Shown: positions 1 through 9,596 of the stretch, piece by piece
Layout: each line of letters opens with the position of its first letter
How positions within the stretch are numbered: position 1 is the stretch's first letter
Source: Histomonas meleagridis 2922-C6/04-290x
Lineage: Eukaryota; Protista; Parabasalia
DNA: 64,000 bases
Reading direction: 5' to 3'
Assembly: GCA_020184695.1 (NCBI GenBank)
Contig: JAANOX010000258.1
Location: forward strand, 186,001-250,000
The notes under the pieces: model-generated
Told to the model about the DNA's origin: nothing
Databases searched by the model: none
What the model saw: only the letters and a program-made list of their open reading frames with translations
Position numbers and translations under genes: made by a program

Positions 1-1
1 A

Positions 2-1683
2 ATCAACTCATTAACTATTGATTGGGACAATAAAGATGATATTAAATCTAATCAGTTTAATGAATCTTTTTTAAAAAATTATGAAGAACTTTCAAAAAAC
101 AATTGGACACTTCATAAGCAATTAATCAAAGAAGGAGTTAATCCAAATGAAATTGCGAAAATAATTCGAAATGATGAGATAGAAAAACTTCAAGAAACAT
201 CAACACAAACTGATTTTAATTTTAATCAAAGAATTGAACCATCACTTTATGAAAGATGTTCATTTATTAATACACAAAATGTTACATTAATTGATTATGC
301 AGCATTTTTCGGATCAGTTAAATGTTTTAAATATTTACTTATGAATGGCGCAAAATTAGAAAACACAGGTAAATATGCGATTGCTAGTGGAAATATAGAA
401 ATTATTCATTTATGTGAACAACATCATTCATCATTTTATGATTCATATGAAGCAGCAATTGAATTTCATCGGTATGATATCTTTAAATTTCTTTACGAAA
501 ATAAAATTGTTAAAACTGTGCATTTAAATTTTTTATATAAAAAATGTATTGTAAATAATTCATATGAAATTTTTTCATATTTGCTTGATAAAGAAGGATT
601 GAAATTAGAAGCTTTCATATATGAATTGTCATCAACTGGAAATTTATATCTAATAAAATGTTTTTTTGAAGAATATCAATTACCAAATGATATATTTGTT
701 TCTTGTGCAAGCTCAGGAAATATTGAACTTGTTAAATATTTTCTTCTTAGAAAAATTGATGTTAATGTAAGTAATGTCTCTTTGAAAAATTGGGAAATTG
801 TTTATGTTTCATAAGAGTATTTGGTGAATATTTAAGTTTTTTGACACAGCTTTGTTTCTAGCATCTGAAAATAAACATTTAGAAATCATTAAATTACTTG
901 TTGAACAAAAAGGAATTGATATTAATGCTAAAAATATTTATTTGTTTTATTTAATAAATATTATAATATTTCAAAGTTTCAAAACAATGATAATTTAAAT
1001 TATTTGATACAGCACTTATATATGCATCTGAATATGGTAATGAAGAAATAGTCAAATTGCTTCTTGAACAAAAAGGAATTAAAATTAATGCTAAAAATAA
1101 AATTTATTTGAATAATTTTATATTTCAAAATAATATTTGAAAATTATTTAAATTATTGAATACAGCACTTATATTTGCATCTAGATATGGTCATACAGAA
1201 ATAATTAAATTACTTCTTGAACAAGAAGAAATTGATATTAATGCTAAAGATAATTTTTATTTTAATAATTTTATATTTCAAAATAATATTTGGAAATTCT
1301 TTAAATTATTGAATACAGCACTTATGATTGCATCTGAAAATGGTCATACAGAAATAGTTCAATTACTTCTTGAACAAAAAGGAATTAAAATTAATGCTAA
1401 AAATAAAATTTATTTGAATAATTTGATATTTTAAAATAATACATGGAAATTACTTGAATTATTCGATACAGCACTTCTGAAAGCATCTTGGAATGGTTAT
1501 ACAGAAATAGTTAAATTGCTTCTTGAACAAGAAGGAATTAAAATTAATGCTAAAAATAAAATTTATTTGAATAATTTTATATTTCAAAATAATACATAGA
1601 AATTACTTAAATTATTTGAAACAGCACATGTTTGGGCATCTTTATATGGTCATACAGAAATAATTAAATTACTTCAGAATTAA
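2..1683 (+). CDS. DUF3447-type ankyrin-repeat protein, 5' partial; C-terminal ankyrin repeats interrupted by six non-coding spacers
   Basis: Frame is open from nt 2 to 775 (NYEELSKNNWTLHKQLIKEGVNPNEIAKIIRNDEIEKLQE...ASSGNIELVKYF). Ankyrin modules TALxxASxxGxxEIVKLLLEQKGIxINAK(N/D) follow at 846, 1009, 1162, 1315, 1468 (90 nt each) and a shorter terminal module at 1621, ending TAA at 1681-1683. Confidence 0.8.
776..1683 (+). repeat. Ankyrin module/spacer tandem array (period 153-163 bp)
   Basis: Spacers counted by hand: 776-845 (70 nt), 936-1008 (73), 1099-1161, 1252-1314, 1405-1467 and 1558-1620 (63 each). Confidence 0.9.
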
Positions 1684-1929
1684 TTTTATCTTAATAAATG
1701 AAAAACATTAGCATATTTTCTCTCAAAGCAATACTTTGACTCAATGGTGGTTGCCTATGAAACAACAAAATTTATAACTTTAAAAAAATATTTATGTCAT
1801 TGATTATATATGTTTATTTTATAACCATTTTATTTTTCTGTATTAAATCATTAAAATTTTTTTTATGAAGTAATAGTTTAAACGGTTTCTCAAATCATTT
1901 CTTTGTAGTTTTCATAAAGAATCTGAACA

Positions 1930-2234
1930 AAAACATACAAATAAACATTAACCCCATCAATACTGGTGCAAAAATAGAAATCAAAAAACAGAATTTCTTA
2001 GATCCTTATTTTTATACTGAAGGTTTGACATTATAAATTTATGATCATTATGTTTTTCAAAAGGATAAAGGAACTGCTAAAGTACCATTAACCCCAGAGA
2101 ACCATAATACAAAAGTAAAACTTCTTGTTGAATGCGAAAAAGATCCTTCTATAATAGAAGAAGAACTTATTAATCAGAGTATAACTATTCATTTTATTTA
2201 CCAAATGCGAATAATGCAATCAGAACAAAAATAA
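1930..2234 (+). pseudogene. Possible decayed C2-domain-like gene relic
   Basis: Broken reading GLTL*IYDHYVFQKDKGTAKVPL resembles the C2 'L.vyD.d....d.lG...ipL' strand, with stops and frame breaks. Weak resemblance only. Confidence 0.3.
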
Positions 2235-2675
2235 AATTCTTTACATATCCAGAACCACATTTCCCTAGTCCTTCGGAAGGTCTTTGTTATGGTCCGACTG
2301 GATTAACACCATTTTTCCGCTTCCAGACAACTTATATTTCATCCAAATCCATCATTGTTCTTTTTATTACTTCTTCCATTACACTTAATGTTCTTTACAC
2401 TCCATGCATTCATTCATTTAACATGTTAAATAAATTTATGATATTTACAAATTAAAATGAGTCATTTGTTTTTATTAAATTTTTTTTCTGTTTTTACAAA
2501 TTTTCATGATGACATCATGGCAAAACAAAGAAAAAAATATGAAAAATGAGCTTTTTTAGTGAGATTAGCTAAAACAATAAAAAATAAAAAAGGAGTAAAT
2601 GAAATTAACATTGTACATAAAATTCAACAAAAAATTGCCAAGCAGGCTCGAAACTGTTTTGTGAACAGAAAAAAA

Positions 2676-2750
2676 GACCACCGGGAAGACTCGAACTTCC
2701 AACCTTAAGGTTATGAGCCTTACGAACTAAACCCATTGTTCCACGGTGAT
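2676..2750 (-). tRNA. tRNA-Met (CAT)
   Basis: Folds fully by hand: acceptor ATCACCG/CGGTGGT, D-stem GAAC/GTTC, anticodon stem TAAGG/CCTTA with loop CTCATAA, T-stem GGAAG/CTTCC with loop TTCGAGT. A T7 Pol III terminator follows. Confidence 0.93.
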
Positions 2751-2838
2751 TTCGTTTTTCCATGAAAAAATGCCCTTTTGAGCTAATTTTACTCATAATA
2801 GCTATTACTTCTTTGTATTTGTGCTCTTAATTAAGAGA

Positions 2839-3270
2839 TTAAGACCAAAACTGAATGAAACTTATCATTTTTTTACCCCTCAGTCCCAAATAATATAACT
2901 TCTCTTCCAAAAACTTCTCCACGTCTTCTTTTAACACAACAATTCCTTCAAACTTAAATTCATTATCATTAAACAAACATTCCCGAAACAAACGATCATA
3001 TTCATTAGAGTTTATTAACTTTGTTTGCCATTCATGCTCACATTCCAACCTGTTTCAGCATTATATTTCGGATATGTAAAATCACCTTTGATATTAACTT
3101 TAACATTTACTTATATTTTCTCTTTGTGATATGTGTAAATTACTGGTTTGCCACCTCTAAGTCTAAATGCTAAAAGTACACAGAAATAATCATAATTTTC
3201 TCCAAGTGATCAGATTTAAAGATAAGCTTCTTTAAGTGGATAAAGATATTCTTGGACAAATTTTAAAACA
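2839..3270 (-). pseudogene. Decayed ubiquitin-like domain fused to a KPVIY(L/T)Y-type domain
   Basis: Fragments LIFKSDHLE, FRLRGG-KPVIYTY, KGDFTYPKYNAETGW and EKFLEEKLYYLGL lie in different frames with stops. Confidence 0.5.
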
Positions 3271-3396
3271 CTTCAATCCTATATCAAAATATAAAATGAA
3301 ATTTAATTTACTGAACAAACATTTCATTGTTTTCAAACAATTGAAAAAATTTGCTAAAACATCTCTATACAACAAAACCACTTGAGCCGATGTTAT

Positions 3397-5319
3397 TTAG
3401 TGATTTCGCTTGAATTGATTTCCATGTTTTCTTTGAGATGTTTTTGATGAATCAGCAGATCGTGACCTCTTTTGTGGAGTTGGCCTCAAAACCTTTGTTT
3501 TGTTGACCTTTAGCCTTATTTGTTGTGCTTCTTCTCCACTAATATATCCGGTATTTACAAGATTCGAAAGAGGATCATCTGTTTGGTCTATTACACTAAC
3601 GTTAGTATCCTCTTTGTTTGGCATTAGTTTGGCTTTACTTTTACCTTCGATCTTTTGAATCATTCGAACTTTATTTGCAATAATGTAAATCACTTCCTCA
3701 GTTCGAGGAATTTCTGGAATCTGAAGTGAAACTGATGTGGGCTGGTCTGGGTCACAAAGGTTTAGAAGAGAACTGGGAGAGTTTGTGGGCTCAATTCTCA
3801 GCTGTGGTGATGCCGCATTTTCAGAGGAGAACGTTTGTATCGGCTTCGGTTTTGTATCGTTCTCCGATAGCCACCCAAGTTTTTGTACAACTTCTCTTGC
3901 TGTTCTGGGAGTTCCTTCTTGTTTTTTAAGGTGTGGGTCTGGCTTAGGAATGTCGCCTGTGATGCTTTTGTCATTTGTAATGGAAAGAATTGAATATTGT
4001 ATTGAATCAGGAAGAGAAAGAGGTGGTCGATAAAACATTTGTTGACGAGGTGGATGTGAACGATTGAGGACATTTGTTAATTCTTCTGGTGTGCGAGGAA
4101 TTTCAAGTGACATCCAGAGAATTGTTGCATCCGTCAAAATTTTGGGTTCTTTGAACTTGAGGTTATATAAACTTTTAAGAAGATTTGGATTAGGAAGAGG
4201 TTGATTAAATAATGAAGAAAGAATCATTGAGTTTGGATATTTGATATTGAAATGATATTTCGACCAATCAATTGATGATTTCTGGTGAGAAATTAACAAA
4301 ACCCTCTTTAGTGTGGCTCCGTCATCATTTAATCGCTTGAATTTTAACCTAAATGAGTCATACAAATATAATAAATAATGAATTTCTTGTTTTGCAATAT
4401 GCATCTGGGAAAGTGAAAATGGCCTACACCTCCAATCAGGTTTTGCATTTGATTCGGAATATTTGATCTCATTTCTTAATTGTGTTTCAGATTTATTTTG
4501 TGCAATTCTTGGACTTGAAATTATTTTAGGGTCATTTGAAATCCAATTTTCATCTAAGCTTTCTCTGATGTCTTCTGTTAATAGTTTAAGAGATGGATTT
4601 AAATCAAGTTCAAACGAAGCCGATGAAATACAGAATACGTTTAAAATAGGGCCCGCCCCAAATAAATGCAAAAAGTGACACGTTTTGGCTGAATTATGAA
4701 CAACTTTAACAATTCTTGGATCTGCTAGAATTGGGTTGATATCTTGAATACAAGATGGAATTTCAGTTACGTCTATAAGATACTCGCATTCACGAAGAGA
4801 AATACAAATGGCACAAAGGGTAAAAGGTTGTGGATGGCATATTACTAAAAGGCCAATTTCTTTCTGCGTCGAAATTTTTGAAACTAACTGTGCGAGTTGT
4901 GGTTGTTCATCAATTAAAGAAAATTGAACTGACTTAATTGGATAATTTATCATTTTTACTGGTAAATCAACAGTAGAATTGAAGCGGGATATAGGGAAAG
5001 AATGCCTCGCTATTGGCTTTATTGTATTTTCAACCTCGCTTTCTGGAAATGAGTGAAATGAATCTAAAGATACTGGAATAAATGCTTTGTCTTGAATACC
5101 TAGCTCATCTCTGATTGTCTTTATTGAAACATTTGAATATAAAGTTTGTACTTTTTTGAAAATCCCTTTTATTTCCGAATGAAATTGTGTAAAATCGATA
5201 TCATTTTGTTCTCGCAGAAAAAGCATTTCCATCTTTTTAATAGATGAAAATGTTGCATATGATTCTTCCATTATTGGCGAATGTATTACAATCTGAGATG
5301 AAATTTGCTCTTCCCCCAT
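3397..5319 (-). CDS. Rrp6/EXOSC10-like 3'-5' exonuclease-fold protein with degenerate catalytic motifs
   Basis: 640-aa ORF containing LCAICIS..EYLID, ILADPRIVKVVH, DWRCRPFS and HYLLYLYDSFR, which match Rrp6 framework motifs. Confidence 0.75.
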   Translation of the reverse strand: MGEEQISSQIVIHSPIMEESYATFSSIKKMEMLFLREQNDIDFTQFHSEIKGIFKKVQTLYSNVSIKTIRDELGIQDKAFIPVSLDSFHSFPESEVENTIKPIARHSFPISRFNSTVDLPVKMINYPIKSVQFSLIDEQPQLAQLVSKISTQKEIGLLVICHPQPFTLCAICISLRECEYLIDVTEIPSCIQDINPILADPRIVKVVHNSAKTCHFLHLFGAGPILNVFCISSASFELDLNPSLKLLTEDIRESLDENWISNDPKIISSPRIAQNKSETQLRNEIKYSESNAKPDWRCRPFSLSQMHIAKQEIHYLLYLYDSFRLKFKRLNDDGATLKRVLLISHQKSSIDWSKYHFNIKYPNSMILSSLFNQPLPNPNLLKSLYNLKFKEPKILTDATILWMSLEIPRTPEELTNVLNRSHPPRQQMFYRPPLSLPDSIQYSILSITNDKSITGDIPKPDPHLKKQEGTPRTAREVVQKLGWLSENDTKPKPIQTFSSENAASPQLRIEPTNSPSSLLNLCDPDQPTSVSLQIPEIPRTEEVIYIIANKVRMIQKIEGKSKAKLMPNKEDTNVSVIDQTDDPLSNLVNTGYISGEEAQQIRLKVNKTKVLRPTPQKRSRSADSSKTSQRKHGNQFKRNH

Positions 5320-5328
5320 TTTATATAA

Positions 5329-5335
5329 AACCGTT
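5329..5335 (-). promoter_or_regulatory. M3-like core promoter motif (AACGGTT)
   Basis: AACGGTT lies about 10 nt upstream of the ATG at 5319 and resembles the trichomonad Myb-bound M3 element. Similar motifs occur at 26257-26263, 26274-26280, 34417-34422 and 53454-53460. Confidence 0.5.
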
Positions 5336-7126
5336 TACTAATAACTTTTAACGTTCGGTTAAGTTTTTCTTCTTTGTTGAGATATCCCAAATTATTGGAA
5401 CATAAATATTATTTTTATGAACGCTATGACATTAAACATATCAAAGTTTGTAAGTATATTATGATTTATATTAAAAATCAGGAAATTTTAAACTGAAATT
5501 GAAATGCTTCAGAATATTTATATTTTGTTTCCAAAATAATATTCAAACATGTTTGAGAAATCTAAATTATTCACCAAAAATATATTTCTTAGATGGTTCT
5601 TTAAAAGGTTGTAGTTTTTTCAGTGTGCTGATAAGACGCTGTCAACAAAATAAACGGTCGTTTCAAATCAGAAAATCAATTTTTTTCATTTTCCACTGAA
5701 CTAAATTTAAAAAACATAAATAATTATACACATTCTATTCAATAAAATTATCTTAACCAAATTTTGTTATCTTATTTTTTTATGAGCAATCTCCAAAATT
5801 TCAAAATGCTTTTTTGAGCTTTCGAATTAAATACAAAAGTTCAAATTCAATAAATATATAGAACTAATAATAGTCAATCATAATTTATATAATTTTTCTA
5901 TAGTTTTCATTCTGTTTTTAAGCTATACAAGATTTTCAATATCTATAGATCAGAGCAAAAATTCAAAAATCTGTCTTTGCAATTTTTTATAATTTATTTG
6001 TTCTATATATAGGATAATTCTTGAAACAATTTATTCATTATTGGAGGCTCTCGACAAAGAAGAAAAAATAACTTTTTGAATTAATTTTGCGGTTACAAAT
6101 CCATCAAGATTCGTTCCTCCACGAGTGAGCGATACTCACAAAAAAGAATCACAAAATTAAACAGAAGATAAAAATGTTGTAAACATTTTTTCAACAATAC
6201 TTGTATATACTGGTTTAGATGTGGTTAATCGGTACATCCAGTCTTTGCTTAGATGACCGTTTGTGTATTGTATTGTATACAAATTTAAAGGAAAGTTGAA
6301 TTTAGTCTAAATTCAAAGGAAATATTAAAAAAATTAATATATCTTCATAAAAATTTGTCTACTATTCTTATATGTTAAAATCTGATATGTATTAAATGCA
6401 TTACAAATAATTTTAAAATTAAAAAAAAATTTATAAGAGATAAAGTTGGTTGACAGTTGTTTCCAATATAAATCTATTTTTTTGAATCATAAAAAATATA
6501 TTTCAATTCTGTTTTGTTTGCTGATTGTTATCAATTCGTATGCCATTTCGTTGTCATTCTCTTTGTGAGTAGTAATGCTTTAACATAAATGCAATGTTTT
6601 GATCAAGTGTTGATTAGGTATTACACCTATTGTTTTATTCTCAAAACGCTTATTTGTGTACAAATAAATTCAATAGATTATCTTCGATTTCCAGAAAAAC
6701 CCAATGAATTTTTAGATTGAAATTTAAACATATTTTTAATATATGGTGATGAGCTATAAATGATTTATTTAAAACATTTCGAAATTATTCATTAATCAAA
6801 TCATTCGACATAATGAATAACATTATTATATATTTGGAAATAAATTACATGATTTTATTCTGCATTTTATTTATTATTATAAAAATCCATAAACCATACT
6901 TTCAGTGCTTGGTTTCTCAAAATATAACACATTGTAACCCATCATTATCAATTTCTATCGTTATCATAATCCAAAATTTGTGGGAAATTGAATTTGTAAA
7001 AAAATATTTCCGTTCGAATATTCAATTTTGAATTAAAATTTGATTCTGGTTTAGCCTCAAACTGAAAAAGTTATGCTTTCAAAAAGTTCTATCGCATAAA
7101 ATTGTTGTTGGTTTTTTTCAAAATTT

Positions 7127-7911
7127 TTGAATAACAAAACCGTTTTTTGCTTGTCTTTTATGTGCGGCTGGGATCCCTGGTGTTATCCTTGTTTGCAAGC
7201 TATGATATTGGGCATTTGCTCCTTAATTGTTACAATAGTTGGGGCTGTTTTCTGGTCTAATGATGATTTTACTGGTCAAAACATTGGATCCTTGGTTTCA
7301 ATTCCTTTAACTATGTCACAAGAAAATAATAATACGTATATAATCACTAATCAAACTAATCAATCACTCTATAAATAACTTTGCTTTGGATTTAGCAAAA
7401 ATTAATTTAATTCAAAGTGATTCTTCTTATTCATTTAGAATTATCCATAACATGTTTAAATATAATATTAATTTGTCAATTGTTGATAATAATATTGTTC
7501 GAGTTATACTAGCAAAAAAAGTTATACTAGCAAAAAAAGTTATACATCAGTTGATTATCTAAATTTAATGAACTAGGTTTTGATTTATCAGAAACGCAAA
7601 CATCAAATGAATATTATAAAGTGTTGTGCCCTTATTAATCTATAATAACAAACATCACTGGAATTGGAGATGATTGCAAAACAGAAGAAGCACCACTTTT
7701 TATCACTGGTGATTTAGTTTACATTGACATTGGCATAAATATACAAATGGACGCAATGAATGATTTTGTTAATTTCCATAATTCATCGTTTACTATTTCA
7801 AATAACACAGATGTACCACAGGCATATCTTGCGACTTCTTTAGCTAATGGTTTCAAGACTCAAGAAAAAGTCAAAACAATATTTATTGTAGGTATTGTAG
7901 TTTTTCTGTGA
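7127..7911 (+). pseudogene. Decayed membrane-protein gene (N- and C-terminal hydrophobic segments) abutting the transposon
   Basis: AMILGICSLIVTIVGAVFW ... TIFIVGIVVFL, with several stops and frameshifts between them. Confidence 0.45.
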
Positions 7912-8051
7912 TTGTGGTAAGAGAAAAAGCGCCTGACTTCACTTTCTCCACTTTTTGAATGATCTCATAGAATAAATTCTATTTGTTAATAGAAAAAAAT
8001 ATCATACGAACTTTTTGAATTGCATTTACGACAGGGGGCCCCGAAATGATC

Positions 8052-8093
8052 GCCGATACCACTTTTTGAGTTCCCTCAAAAAGTGGTATCGGC
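8052..8093. repeat. Perfect 19-bp-arm palindrome inside the transposon
   Basis: GCCGATACCACTTTTTGAG-TTCC-CTCAAAAAGTGGTATCGGC. Confidence 0.95.
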
Positions 8094-8211
8094 CCGTCCG
8101 TGCCTGTGAACGACTATTAATCCTGCTTGTAGTCGCAACTTTTTAATGATACTAAGCGAATATATTATATGTGTGCATTGAAATTTAAAAATTGAATGGT
8201 TTACAAAACAT

Positions 8212-8255
8212 GCCGATACCACTTTTTGAATGTTTTATTCAAAAAGTGGTATCGC
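8212..8255. repeat. Second copy of the subterminal palindrome
   Basis: GCCGATACCACTTTTTGAAT-GTTTT-ATTCAAAAAGTGGTATCGC. Confidence 0.92.
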
Positions 8256-8441
8256 ATATATTGATAATAGAAGAAAAATACCAATATATTAATATATAGT
8301 AGCACAAGCTAGCTGGATGCATCCAGTTCGATTAAGCACATGAAAATTAAGCAATCGTTGTTCATATCAGTACTAGGCTTATATAATATAAGTAAACATA
8401 AAAAATAATAAAAATCAAATGAGATGGAATTATTTAATCAT

Positions 8442-9249
8442 TTAAATGCAACAAAAATAATTATATTCATGAATTATGCTATTAATCTTAGGAATGCTCC
8501 ATGCAACATTTGGTCCTTTGGCACGTTCAATCGTCAACCAAAAACGTTCTATCTTACCATTCTCCTCTGGAGTATAGGGGTGAGTACGGTAATCTTCAAT
8601 ACCATAAAGCTGGAGTATAAATTGAAATGGATTGCCGGTAAATTCTCCCCCATTATCAATAGTCAGCATTTTAGGTCGATGTACAACAGAACCTAGAGCT
8701 TTAATAAGCGCAGTGGCACAAGCTTCAGAAGTCTTACTTGATAGGACTTCATAATAGATCAGGAAGCGAGAACGATCATCAATGAATCCAAGGAGATAAA
8801 ATTGTTCTCCTTCAATGGTAACATAGTGAATATCTGCATGCCATAACTGATTAGCATATTTTGCAACGAAAAAGACGGAGATGTTTTTGGGGAGCTTTTT
8901 CAGGTTTCTTGTAACAAAGCAGTTTCTGTTCAGTAAATATCTTCCTAACTGACCACTCAGTAGTTGCAATGTTATGTCGCTTAGCAGACTCAGCAGTTCG
9001 TTGGTAGCCAACATGGTATTTGTCTTTGTAGTCGAGGCAAAAATTAACTTCCTCTTCTTTGATTTCCTTTGACGGTCTCCCTCGGCTAGGAATTGCTATC
9101 CCCTCGAGTTTGCAAATTGCATGGATCTTCTCTCGACTGATATGGAATATTTTCCGTGTATCTTCGACTCCATTGTCATTAATTGATTGACGGAATGCTT
9201 GGATATCGATGCCATTTCTCGGATCGTCGTTACTTGAGTTCTTCTTCAT
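8442..9249 (-). CDS. rve integrase-core DDE transposase, split by a one-base frameshift near 8870
   Basis: HTH-like N-terminal ORF (ATG at 9249). Second frame reads LWHADIHY..FIDDRSRF..LTIDNGGEF..PEENGKIERFW, which is the D-D-E triad. Junction on the minus strand is CTT TTT CGT. Confidence 0.8.
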
Positions 9250-9596
9250 TGGAAAATAAACCATTGAAAAAGTGGAAACGATACAATGGGGCACCCCCTC
9301 ATATAAACAACAAGAAAGTGACGGAATGAACTTTTGAATCCTCATATACAAACAATTCTATGAGTTCCATCAAAAAGTGAAGGGAATTAAAAATATAGTA
9401 CAAAGTTCACTTTTTGATAAATCTCATATGAAATTTTCTTTTACTCGTTGTAAAATCCACTTTTTGAATCATCTCATACAAACAATTCTATGAGTTCATT
9501 CAAAAAGTGGAGAAAGTGAAGTCAGGCGCTTTTTCTCTTGCAACAAGTTATGATATCATATGCTCCTTTCAATTCCTATCGTCTATTACAAATCAA

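Larger units (their letters stand above)
7913..9545 (-). mobile_element. IS481/IS3-like (rve integrase DDE) TIR DNA transposon, 1633 bp
   Basis: 61-bp TIRs at 7913-7973 and 9485-9545 (58/61 identical) with TGT...ACA termini. Encodes an rve-type transposase. No clear TSD. Confidence 0.88.

Noticed and set aside
767-849. GTAAGT...TTTTTTGACACAG looks like a canonical spliceosomal intron over the first spacer
   Set aside because: Splicing it gives CTT TGT TTC TAG, out of frame with the ankyrin module. There is no ACTAAC branch motif, and the other spacers lack a conserved GT. The recurrent ACAG is just the Thr-Ala codons and is absent in modules starting ACT, ACG or GCA.
776-1683. Stop-codon reassignment explaining read-through of the spacers
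   Set aside because: All three stop types occur, most spacers also shift the frame, and conserved genes in the window terminate normally at TAA or TGA.
2605-2796. 63-aa minus-strand ORF
   Set aside because: It overlaps the tRNA-Met gene and has no coding signature.
3726-4678. Short ORFs overlapping the Rrp6-like gene, and similar nested ORFs in the kinase, NOP58, Rho and Dicer genes
   Set aside because: Antisense or alternate-frame shadows of long real CDSs, with no motifs.
5499-7031. Short ORFs and coding-like fragments at 5.5-7.0 kb
   Set aside because: No recognisable motif and many stops, so no feature can be supported.
7503-7545. 18-bp tandem duplication GTTATACTAGCAAAAAAA
   Set aside because: A local slippage duplication within a pseudogene; no sign of function.
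9507-9596. N-terminal extension of the Ras-like ORF starting inside the TIR
   Set aside because: It starts at a GTG within transposon sequence, so it is most likely an ORF-caller artefact.
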